Shown in pieces: positions 25,216 to 32,000 of a DNA stretch of 32,000 nt. Source of the stretch: Acaryochloris marina S15 (GTDB taxonomy: Bacteria > Cyanobacteriota > Cyanobacteriia > Thermosynechococcales > Thermosynechococcaceae); NCBI RefSeq assembly GCF_018336915.1, contig NZ_CP064923.1, forward strand, positions 600,001-632,000. Direction: 5' to 3'. A program made the position numbers and the translations under genes. The notes below the pieces were generated by a model. That model was not told where the DNA came from. It made no database searches and worked only from the letters and a program-made list of their open reading frames with translations. Every line of letters begins with the position of its first letter. The stretch's first letter is position 1.

Positions 25216-25857
25216 CTATTCATTGCGATTACCGCCTAGAGGCTCGCGTCCAGGGACATGCTCAAGGGCATCCACTACAGCCACCGCTGCCGTTTTGATA
25301 TCTCGTTCAGCTCCTCCCAAGTATAGTCGGCCAAAACTACCCACAGAGGTGATTTGTAAAATGTTGATCAATGCTGCTTTTTCAGCTTCATTAGCGGCAA
25401 GAGAGGCATAGGCCGCGGGCTGAACCTCCATAACATAGAGGGCCTGACCTGATAGCAGCATGTTGCCTCGGCTATTACGATTAATCAGTTGGGCATGGTG
25501 GGGATCTATATTGCGAATGATCTGGCTAGAGATTATTTGGGGGCTTAATCGTTCATTTTGTTTGACCCCTAGTGCTTCTAGCATGGCTCGACCTGCGGTT
25601 TGGGTCTCGGCTTGGCTACTGGCATGCACTTCCAGAACACCGTATAGGCGTTCCACCATCTGTACACCGGGGCGGACCACAGCCGCTTTAAGGGCAACAT
25701 CCATGATCCGATTGATTTCAATCCCAGGGGAAATCTCTAACCACAGGGAGGTGTCGCCGGGTAAAGGTAAAAAACCTACTGCGACCTTGCCCATATAGGC
25801 AGCATGCTGAGCTTGGAGGCTATCTAAGTAAACATAGCTGCGTAATTCAACACCCAA
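25216..25857 (-). CDS. ccmP: Carboxysome shell protein CcmP (tandem-BMC, BMC-T)
   Basis: [22 protein letters not shown]...[10 protein letters not shown]...[10 protein letters not shown]...LEVHASSQ...[20 protein letters not shown]...[25 protein letters not shown] matches my recollection of S. elongatus CcmP. A TTG start at 25857 with a GGAG 9 nt upstream gives 213 aa. Confidence 0.8.
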   Translation of the reverse strand: MGVELRSYVYLDSLQAQHAAYMGKVAVGFLPLPGDTSLWLEISPGIEINRIMDVALKAAVVRPGVQMVERLYGVLEVHASSQAETQTAGRAMLEALGVKQNERLSPQIISSQIIRNIDPHHAQLINRNSRGNMLLSGQALYVMEVQPAAYASLAANEAEKAALINILQITSVGSFGRLYLGGAERDIKTAAVAVVDALEHVPGREPLGGNRNE

Positions 25858-26004
25858 AATAAAAGTCTCCTGTCGATGAAAAATAAGTCCCGACGGATCG
25901 CCAAGGGCGACCACATCTGCACGAGGTGTTAGAGAGAGTCTCCATTGATGTATGAAACCACAGAACCGTCCTTTGAGTGGGTTTTTCCTCTGGTGGCAGG
26001 GGGA

Positions 26005-27225
26005 TTAATCCTGGTGCCCTATCGCTTGGGCAGCTAGCCAGGCAGTGGTCCAGGCATTTTGAAAGTTAAATCCACCGGTGATGCCATCAATATCGATGAC
26101 TTCGCCGGCAAAATGGAGTCCTGGACAACAGCGGCTTTCCATGGTTTTGAAGTTGATCTGTTTGAGGTCGACCCCACCACAGGTGACAAACTCGTCTTTG
26201 AATACTCCTTTACCCAGGACCTGAAACTTTCCTTGGGTCAGCTCTTGCAGTAGCGATCTCAATTGCTGTTTCGATACATCAGCCCAGCGCTGTTGCGGAG
26301 CAATCCCAGCAGCAGTGATCAGTTTTTGCCAGAGGCGTTGGGGCAATTTGACTGGGCAGTGATTTGCGATCGCACGTTTGGCAACGGCCGTTCGAGTTTT
26401 CCCCAATAGCTGGCGCAGGTCTTCATAGGAGTGATGGGGCACCCAGTTCACCGTCAATTCCCCCTGGTATCGACTTTGATGAAAGGCCCGAGCCCCCCAA
26501 GCGGAGAGTTTCAGGACTGCAGGACCACTCAACCCCCAATGGGTGACTAAGAGCGGCCCCCGCTGATCAAACTTTTGATCTCCCACGGTTAACCGTAACT
26601 GCACTGGAGCAACCGCGATACCGGCTAAGTCTTGCAATCTGGAATCCTTGATTTTGAAGGTAAATAAGGACGGCACGGGTGATACGAGGGTATGGCCGAG
26701 TTGCTGGGCGAGGCGATAACCGAGGGGATGACTGCCCGTGGCCAGGAGAATGCGATCGCACCGAAGTTTCTCCCCAGATTTGCACTGAATTGTGAACTGA
26801 GCCTCGTGGTGGATATGGGTCACCGACACCCCTGTTCGCACCTGAATTCCCAAGGTCTTGGCTGTCCGTTGCAGGCAGGCAATAATCGTTTCCGAATCAT
26901 TCGTTTTGGGAAACATGCGGCCATCGGCTTCTGTTTTTAAGGAGACGCCGTGGGATTGAAACCAACGTACCGTATCTTGAGGCTGAAACCGACTAAACGC
27001 GCCTCTCAGGGCCTTAGATCCACGGGGATAGTTGCCCACGAGTTGAGTGGGTTCAAAGCAAGCATGGGTGACATTGCAGCGCCCGCCCCCTGAGATCCGG
27101 ACCTTAGAGAGCAATTGCCCACTAGCTTCCAAAATCATAACTCGGGCTTGGGGATGGGCTTCTGCACAGGCAATGGCCCCCCAGAATCCGGCAGCTCCCC
27201 CGCCAATGACGACAATATTCACCAC
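26005..27225 (-). CDS. NAD(P)/FAD-dependent oxidoreductase, HI0933/BaiN-like flavoprotein
   Basis: N-terminal dinucleotide fold VVIGGGAAGFWGAIACAE, GGGRCNVTH, and C-terminal GEVIDIDGITGGFNFQNAW, typical of the HI0933 family. Confidence 0.8.
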   Translation of the reverse strand: MVNIVVIGGGAAGFWGAIACAEAHPQARVMILEASGQLLSKVRISGGGRCNVTHACFEPTQLVGNYPRGSKALRGAFSRFQPQDTVRWFQSHGVSLKTEADGRMFPKTNDSETIIACLQRTAKTLGIQVRTGVSVTHIHHEAQFTIQCKSGEKLRCDRILLATGSHPLGYRLAQQLGHTLVSPVPSLFTFKIKDSRLQDLAGIAVAPVQLRLTVGDQKFDQRGPLLVTHWGLSGPAVLKLSAWGARAFHQSRYQGELTVNWVPHHSYEDLRQLLGKTRTAVAKRAIANHCPVKLPQRLWQKLITAAGIAPQQRWADVSKQQLRSLLQELTQGKFQVLGKGVFKDEFVTCGGVDLKQINFKTMESRCCPGLHFAGEVIDIDGITGGFNFQNAWTTAWLAAQAIGHQD

Positions 27226-27252
27226 GTCTTTACACCTAAAATTAGGTGAAAT

Positions 27253-29187
27253 TTAGGTCTGAGATGGGTTCTGCAAATAGGCATCTATGGCGTCTGATGC
27301 AACTTCAGTTAAGGTTTTGCCTTGCTCACTGGCCGTTGTCTTCAGACGATCATAGACATCTTCCCGAAGGTTGACCCGATGGCGGACTCGAGCGTTGCTG
27401 CTAGGAATTTTGCCTGTTTGCGTCGCCGGATCATAGGTATCCATGAACTGGCGTAGGGCATCAAACCCGATGCGATCGCAAAAATCACCAAAGCTTTCCG
27501 TGGTTTTGCTCTTTTGCTTAAAGAAAACTAAGAGCGGTTCTAGAGTCGTCTCCAGCTCGTCTATCGGCATGACTTCGAGGAAAGTTCTCGCTAACCGAGT
27601 CTGATTCGGACTTCCCCCTAACCAGAGCTGATAAGCTGTCGGCTTAATCCCCACAAATCCTAGCTCGGCCATATAGGGACGAGCACAACCATTCGGGCAA
27701 CCCGTCATCCGAATGACAAAATGCTGTTCATTGAGCTCTAGCTTATTCAGCAGGATTCGGATGCGATCAATAATACCGGGGATGGCGCGTTCCGATTCTG
27801 CGATCGCCAATCCGCAGGTAGGCAAAGCTGGACAAGCCATGGCATAGCGAACCAGCGGATCAATTTCCGTCTCTGCCAGCACGCCTGCATTTTTCAAAAT
27901 GCCTTGAATGGCCGCTTTGTTATTGGGCTGAATATTGTAAATAATCAGATTGTGATTGGCCGTCAGCCGCATGGGCAGATTGTACTGCTGGGTAATTTGA
28001 CGCAGCGCTGACTTCAGCTGTAGCTTGCCATTATCAAAGACCCGGCCATTTTCAATCGAAATGCCCAAAAAGAGCTGGCCATCCCCCTGTTCATGCCAAC
28101 CTAAGTAATCTTCATACTTAAATTCAGGCAGGGGTTGGCTAGGAGCGACGGATTTACCAAAATACTGTTCAACAATACTGCGAAACTTATCAATCCCCCA
28201 ATCATTGATGAGGTATTTCATGCGGGCATGGCGACGCTGTTGACGATCACCATAATCGCGTTGAGTCGCTACGATCGCTTTGACTAAATCGTAGACATCT
28301 GCTTTGGCAACATAGCCCAAAGGCTCGGCAATCCGAGCAAAGGTTTCTTCCTTATTGTGAGTGCGGCCCATACCGCCACCCACGAACACATTAAATCCCT
28401 GGAGTTGTTCTTGGTCATCCAATATGACGACTAAACCCACATCCTGGGTATAGAGGTCGATAGAGTTGTCTCCCGGCACGGTAACGGCAATTTTGAACTT
28501 CCGGGGCATGTAATGCTCCCCGTAGATGGGCTCTTCTTTGTCGTCTAAATTGGTGCCGTTGGTATTGCGCTGTCGAGCGGCTTTAACATCAGGATGTTCT
28601 TCAGCCGATACAAACTTTTCTCCATCCAACCAGATCTCATAGTAGGCTCCGGTTTGGGGCGTCAGTAGGTCTGCGATCCGGTCAGCATACTCTTGGGCAT
28701 AGGTATAGGCCGGTCGGTTGGTATAGGGAGCCGGGGGAGCCATCACATTACGGTTCAAATCCCCGCAGGCCCCTAGGGTTGAGCCCATACTTCGAATGAT
28801 GGCGGCCATGACCGTTTTCAGATTTTGCTTGATGATGCCATGAATCTGAAATCCCTGCCGTGTCGTTGCCCGCAGCGTGTGATTTCCGTAGGTCTCACTC
28901 AATTCTTCTAGGGTGTTATATAGTTCAGCTGGAATGAATCCACCCGGACTTCGGGTTCGCAGCATAAACTGATAGTCTTTTTCCTGCCCTTTTTTTCGAT
29001 TGTCGCGATTGTCTTGCTGATATGAGCCATGAAATTTAAGGATCTGAATGGCTTCTTCTGGCAAATTTCTCGCATCCGTCTGGAGTTCTGCAATTAACGG
29101 ATGGCGCAGATGATGACTTCGCTCTTTAATCCCTTCCAATTTGGAAAGTTTAGGTGGAGTCGGTTGTTTAGGGGGAGCATTGACCAT
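27253..29187 (-). CDS. sir: Assimilatory ferredoxin-sulfite reductase (siroheme/4Fe-4S) with a ~59-aa C-terminal extension
   Basis: [33 protein letters not shown], the Cys cluster [11 protein letters not shown]...[10 protein letters not shown], and two NIR_SIR-like halves. The tail is [37 protein letters not shown]. Confidence 0.9.
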   Translation of the reverse strand: MVNAPPKQPTPPKLSKLEGIKERSHHLRHPLIAELQTDARNLPEEAIQILKFHGSYQQDNRDNRKKGQEKDYQFMLRTRSPGGFIPAELYNTLEELSETYGNHTLRATTRQGFQIHGIIKQNLKTVMAAIIRSMGSTLGACGDLNRNVMAPPAPYTNRPAYTYAQEYADRIADLLTPQTGAYYEIWLDGEKFVSAEEHPDVKAARQRNTNGTNLDDKEEPIYGEHYMPRKFKIAVTVPGDNSIDLYTQDVGLVVILDDQEQLQGFNVFVGGGMGRTHNKEETFARIAEPLGYVAKADVYDLVKAIVATQRDYGDRQQRRHARMKYLINDWGIDKFRSIVEQYFGKSVAPSQPLPEFKYEDYLGWHEQGDGQLFLGISIENGRVFDNGKLQLKSALRQITQQYNLPMRLTANHNLIIYNIQPNNKAAIQGILKNAGVLAETEIDPLVRYAMACPALPTCGLAIAESERAIPGIIDRIRILLNKLELNEQHFVIRMTGCPNGCARPYMAELGFVGIKPTAYQLWLGGSPNQTRLARTFLEVMPIDELETTLEPLLVFFKQKSKTTESFGDFCDRIGFDALRQFMDTYDPATQTGKIPSSNARVRHRVNLREDVYDRLKTTASEQGKTLTEVASDAIDAYLQNPSQT

Positions 29188-29458
29188 GAGGAAATAGGCA
29201 GTTGATGACAGTGATTAGGTAGCGAATCGAACGATTTCTACCCTTGAAAAAACGCTAGGCTGACGTAAATATATCCGAGCAATTCCAACGCGGAGATATT
29301 TAATGCCCGGTAAGTCGGTCGGGATATCGATGAATCATCTCTTATCTTATCACTGCTTCTTTTGAGCAAACCGTGACAGACACTAACAATGCCATAAGTG
29401 ATTCCCCATCATCAACACTGCTGCTTAAGCTTTTTTACCAGCCCAGCTCTTCCCAGGA

Positions 29459-29491
29459 TTAATGCACACTAGCGTCGCTAGTGTGCATTAA
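29459..29491. repeat. Perfect 16-1-16 inverted repeat (33-nt palindrome). Function unknown; it could be a terminator hairpin or a dimeric-protein operator.
   Basis: TTAATGCACACTAGCG t CGCTAGTGTGCATTAA, read directly. No mismatches in 16 bp per arm. Confidence 0.9.
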
Positions 29492-29564
29492 CTTCATCTA
29501 AAACTCAAAAATGCTTAATAGAAGACCCGTCTAATAATGTCCCAAAGATTAGCCGATGGTGGTG

Positions 29565-29744
29565 CTAGCGTTGGGGATCGTGATTGGGCAAACACTGTCT
29601 CATCCAACACCGGTTTAAATAATCAATGCGATGATGTTGCCAAAAACGGCCTGGATTGAGAACCAGTTTAATATCCGAATGGAATAAGGGCTGATTGAGA
29701 TATTGCCAAACGGGAAACCAATTTTGATGAGACTTAGAAATCAT
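29565..29744 (-). CDS. Candidate small ORF, 59 aa (Trp/His/Cys-rich), just below the ORF-track cutoff
   Basis: My translation: MISKSHQNWFPVWQYLNQPLFHSDIKLVLNPGRFWQHHRIDYLNRCWMRQCLPNHDPQR*. It is in the same frame as the upstream 34-codon ORF. No homology recognised. Confidence 0.25.
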   Translation of the reverse strand: MISKSHQNWFPVWQYLNQPLFHSDIKLVLNPGRFWQHHRIDYLNRCWMRQCLPNHDPQR

Positions 29745-29750
29745 GACAGT

Positions 29751-29855
29751 TTAGGGTGTTGGGTGACTCAAGCGTTTAATCCAGGCAGGCGCAGCATCGG
29801 GAAGCCCTTGTACAGGTTCCATATCCTTAAAAAGCCCAATCTTAATAACTTTCAT
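29751..29855 (-). CDS. Candidate small ORF, 34 aa
   Basis: My translation: MKVIKIGLFKDMEPVQGLPDAAPAWIKRLSHPTP*. Its TAA stop is followed by two codons and then the ATG of the 59-aa ORF in the same frame. Confidence 0.2.
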   Translation of the reverse strand: MKVIKIGLFKDMEPVQGLPDAAPAWIKRLSHPTP

Positions 29856-29871
29856 GAAGAATGAAGAGATC

Positions 29872-29988
29872 TCATAGGGATCCCCAGAAGTTATGTAAAA
29901 TCCAGCCCAAGCAGATGGCAAAGGTGCTTGTCCAGCTGATCGTGATTTGGAATAAAAGACGCGCTCCGTATACGCTTAGAGTGCCCAT
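29872..29988 (-). CDS. Candidate small hydrophobic peptide, 38 aa (one predicted TM helix)
   Basis: My translation: MGTLSVYGARLLFQITISWTSTFAICLGWILHNFWGSL*. It has a hydrophobic core of ~20 residues. No homology recognised. Confidence 0.25.
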   Translation of the reverse strand: MGTLSVYGARLLFQITISWTSTFAICLGWILHNFWGSL

Positions 29989-30109
29989 AAATGTCGTAAC
30001 ATTTGTCACTGAATTTCTGCGATTCTGAAAAACTTTACAAACGACAAAATATTTAAGACGCCAAGTACCAGCGACAAAGTTTATGATTAATTAATAATTT
30101 CATTACAAA

Positions 30110-30310
30110 GTCCACAAGCGATTCGGCCATAGTGGAGGATGGGTTATTTCCTCACAGCCAATCCTGTGAATAACGGGTAAGGCCAAACTGTATTCGTTCC
30201 TAGGCAAACCGGGGGAGACTTTGTCGTTGGATGTCTCGAATGGGAGAGGAGAACGGTAACCGAATGCCCCCATTGCTGCGGTCTTGCAGATGCTGAATTC
30301 ATTTTTAAGA
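30110..30310 (+). ncRNA. Candidate structured RNA or long structured 5' leader upstream of accD. Strand and identity are uncertain.
   Basis: This is a ~50% G+C segment flanked upstream by AT-rich spacer and followed directly by accD. Hairpin 30143-30174: GTTAT/ATAAC plus TCACAG/CTGTGA around a 6-nt loop. Hairpin 30215-30237: GAGAC/GTCTC. Possible enclosing helix: ATTCGG 30121-30126 with CCGAAT 30260-30265. A T-run lies at 30301-30305. Confidence 0.25.
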
Positions 30311-30326
30311 GGAATCGAGCGTTTCC

Positions 30327-31241
30327 ATGTCTTTATTTGATTGGTTTGCAAATCGACGAAAATCTCATCCTGTGACCAAAGCACAGCCAGAACGAGAGAT
30401 TTCTGATGGCTTATGGTCGAAGTGTGAGTCGTGTGGTGCCCTGACTTACACCAAAGATTTACGGGCCAATCAAATGGTGTGCTTAGAATGTGGACATCAT
30501 ACTCGTGTCACTAGTGATGAGCGGATCTCACAGCTGATTGATGCGGAGACTTGGGTGGCAATGGACAATGACTTAGTCGCTTGTGATCCGCTTCAATTTC
30601 ACGATCGCAAAGCCTATTGCGATCGCATTCTGGAATACCAGAGCAAAACAGGTCTACAAGATGCCGTCCAAACTGGCATAGGCGAACTCGACGGCCTACC
30701 CCTAGCCCTTGGCGTCATGGACTTCCGGTTTATGGGAGGAAGCATGGGATCTGTCGTGGGCGAGAAACTGACCCGCTTGATTGAGCATGCCACCCAGAAT
30801 CGTCTGCCATTGGTGATTGTTTGCGCCTCAGGTGGCGCCCGGATGCAAGAAGGGATGCTTAGCCTAATGCAGATGGCTAAAACCTCTGCGGCCCTAGATC
30901 AGCACCGAACGAACCGCTTACTCTACATTCCATTGCTCACCCACCCCACAACCGGTGGCGTAACAGCTAGTTTTGCGATGCTTGGGGATATGATTTTGGC
31001 TGAGCCCAAAGCGACCATTGGCTTTGCAGGTCGCCGGGTCGTCGAACAGACTTTGCGAGAAAAGCTGCCAGACGACTTCCAGACAGCAGAATATTTGCTT
31101 AGTCATGGGTTTGTGGATGCCATTGTTCCTAGGCCGGAGTTAAAAGGAACCTTAGCCCGGCTGATTCGAATTCATGCTCAAATGCCGATGGCCTCAGATA
31201 TTTCACCCGCAGCGGTTCCAGTTGCTGCTGCCATTGAATAG
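30327..31241 (+). CDS. accD: Acetyl-CoA carboxylase carboxyltransferase beta subunit
   Basis: N-terminal zinc ribbon [26 protein letters not shown]. Carboxyltransferase core [19 protein letters not shown]...[10 protein letters not shown]. Confidence 0.9.
   Translation: MSLFDWFANRRKSHPVTKAQPEREISDGLWSKCESCGALTYTKDLRANQMVCLECGHHTRVTSDERISQLIDAETWVAMDNDLVACDPLQFHDRKAYCDRILEYQSKTGLQDAVQTGIGELDGLPLALGVMDFRFMGGSMGSVVGEKLTRLIEHATQNRLPLVIVCASGGARMQEGMLSLMQMAKTSAALDQHRTNRLLYIPLLTHPTTGGVTASFAMLGDMILAEPKATIGFAGRRVVEQTLREKLPDDFQTAEYLLSHGFVDAIVPRPELKGTLARLIRIHAQMPMASDISPAAVPVAAAIE
30619..30626. repeat. HIP1 (highly iterated palindrome GCGATCGC). This entry is one of at least 12 exact copies.
   Basis: Exact GCGATCGC found by eye at 1586, 4676, 5089, 7312, 8193, 15804, 16458, 26366, 26752, 27472, 27800 and 30619. 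A random 32-kb sequence would be expected to contain fewer than one. Confidence 0.9.
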
Positions 31242-31370
31242 AGGGTAGTGGCCTAAACCTTGCTCCCCTTCCATTCCAGATTTGACCAATTTATAGAATC
31301 TGGATTTGGGAAAGGGACGCCTCAATGGCATGATATTAGATGGGTCAACCTTAATAAAATCAGTACGTTA

Positions 31371-31556
31371 ATGATTATGGGGTTTGCAGACCTATCGATC
31401 TCAGAAATAGCAGAGGACTATCATCTCTCTATTGAAGAGGTTTGTACATTATGCGATCGTCTGGGTGTTGCTTATAAAGCGCCCGACACCCGTTTAGCCC
31501 TGGAGGATGTCAAAGCACTTATTTTAGAAATTTTGGCTAACAAAGAAAACACCTAA
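31371..31556 (+). CDS. Small conserved-looking hypothetical protein (~61 aa), resembling an IF2_N-type helical domain
   Basis: MIMGFADLSISEIAEDYHLSIEEVCTLCDRLGVAYKAPDTRLALEDVKALI resembles the short helical N-terminal domain of IF-2. The ORF track extends it to a non-ATG start at 31260. Confidence 0.45.
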   Translation: MIMGFADLSISEIAEDYHLSIEEVCTLCDRLGVAYKAPDTRLALEDVKALILEILANKENT

Positions 31557-31764
31557 GGTCAAGCCAATAGGTCATGACTCGGGTTTTAATTCAATTAAGC
31601 CTAAAACTCTTTTACTGCTTTATTCATGCCTTTTCCTCTTCTCATTTCTGCGGACTCCATCACTGTCACCAGCAACGGGCAGGTTTAGATAGAGTACCCG
31701 GTTCTGTAGAGTGGATTTAACTGTGTTGAGAGCCTGATAATTAAACGAAATTGAAAGGAGAACT

Positions 31765-32000
31765 ATGCTGAAAAGATACATGTTGCTGGCGGTGGCTACA
31801 GTATTTTTTGCTTTTCAAGCATTCACCAGTACTGCAACTGCTGCTGAATTAGATGATGCGACTCGAACAGTTGCGTTAAATGAGGGGAGTACCGTTACTC
31901 TATCCACGCAGCAAGCGAAAGAGGGCCAGCGCTTATTCAACTTTGCCTGTGCAAACTGCCATATTGGTGGAGATACCAAAACTAATCCCAGCATCAACCT
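31765..32000 (+). CDS. psbV: Cytochrome c-550 of photosystem II, 5' part. It runs off the window end and is absent from the ORF track.
   Basis: AAGGAG Shine-Dalgarno at 31755-31760, ATG at 31765. Signal peptide MLKRYMLLAVATVFFAFQAFTSTATA. Mature AELDDATRTVALNEGSTVTLSTQQAKEGQRLFNFACANCHIGGDTKTNPSINL carries the CxxCH heme motif and the PsbV pattern. Confidence 0.85.
   Translation, partial: MLKRYMLLAVATVFFAFQAFTSTATAAELDDATRTVALNEGSTVTLSTQQAKEGQRLFNFACANCHIGGDTKTNPSIN

Noticed and set aside
24714-25298. Antisense ORFs of 65 and 124 aa, Ala/Ser/Leu-rich, opposite the pentapeptide-repeat gene
   Set aside because: The 15-nt periodic repeat structure of the sense gene keeps the antisense frames open. 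These are typical shadow ORFs.
30148-30157. TCCTCACAG resembles the conserved ACUCCUCACAC core of the cyanobacterial sRNA Yfr1
   Set aside because: It matches only 7 nt. The motif here is sequestered in a stem rather than single-stranded between two hairpins, and the surrounding architecture and length do not fit Yfr1.
30103-30384. A 93-aa minus-strand ORF in the spacer upstream of accD
   Set aside because: It overlaps the well-supported accD start and runs antisense through the hairpin-dense segment, and it has no recognisable protein features. The region is better explained as RNA structure.
1-32000. A by-eye search of the whole window for CRISPR-like direct repeats, tRNA/rRNA signatures, transposase genes, or long terminal inverted repeats
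   Set aside because: Nothing was found by eye beyond HIP1 octamers and short palindromes. A computational scan (tRNAscan-SE, Infernal, ISfinder, a repeat finder) would be needed to exclude small or degenerate elements.

Overview
This is a cyanobacterial chromosomal segment. The evidence is at least 12 exact copies of the HIP1 octamer GCGATCGC, plus psbV, ccmP, a Tab2-like gene, menG, a ferredoxin-type sir and accD. I can support about 30 densely packed protein genes. I saw no rRNA, tRNA, CRISPR array or IS element. A housekeeping backbone (ppgK, moaB, menG, sir, accD, psbV, ccmP) is interrupted by three accessory-looking islets. (i) 5.5-7.0 kb holds an AT-rich pair: an ankyrin gene and an SMI1/KNR4 (SUKH) immunity-like gene, with no toxin gene nearby. 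(ii) 7.8-8.4 kb holds a YefM/YoeB toxin-antitoxin pair with an unusual 74-nt overlap. (iii) From 20.9 kb down to 10.9 kb runs an uninterrupted minus-strand series: response regulator, CHASE kinase, CBS/PAS kinase, Lhr-like helicase, ankyrin, ankyrin. My best candidate for an undescribed system is the helicase plus two-ankyrin block (10889-15602). Its genes are tightly packed, two of them share a TGATG stop/start overlap, and the helicase is the only enzyme. Secondary items are a ribbon-helix-helix-like tail on sulfite reductase, a ccmP/pentapeptide-repeat operon, tandem DUF4278 paralogs, and a 1.1-kb sir-accD spacer. That spacer contains a perfect 33-nt palindrome, three unannotated small ORFs and a structured GC-richer segment. 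All functional calls rest on motif recognition by eye. No database search or folding program was available, so family assignments are hypotheses of varying strength.
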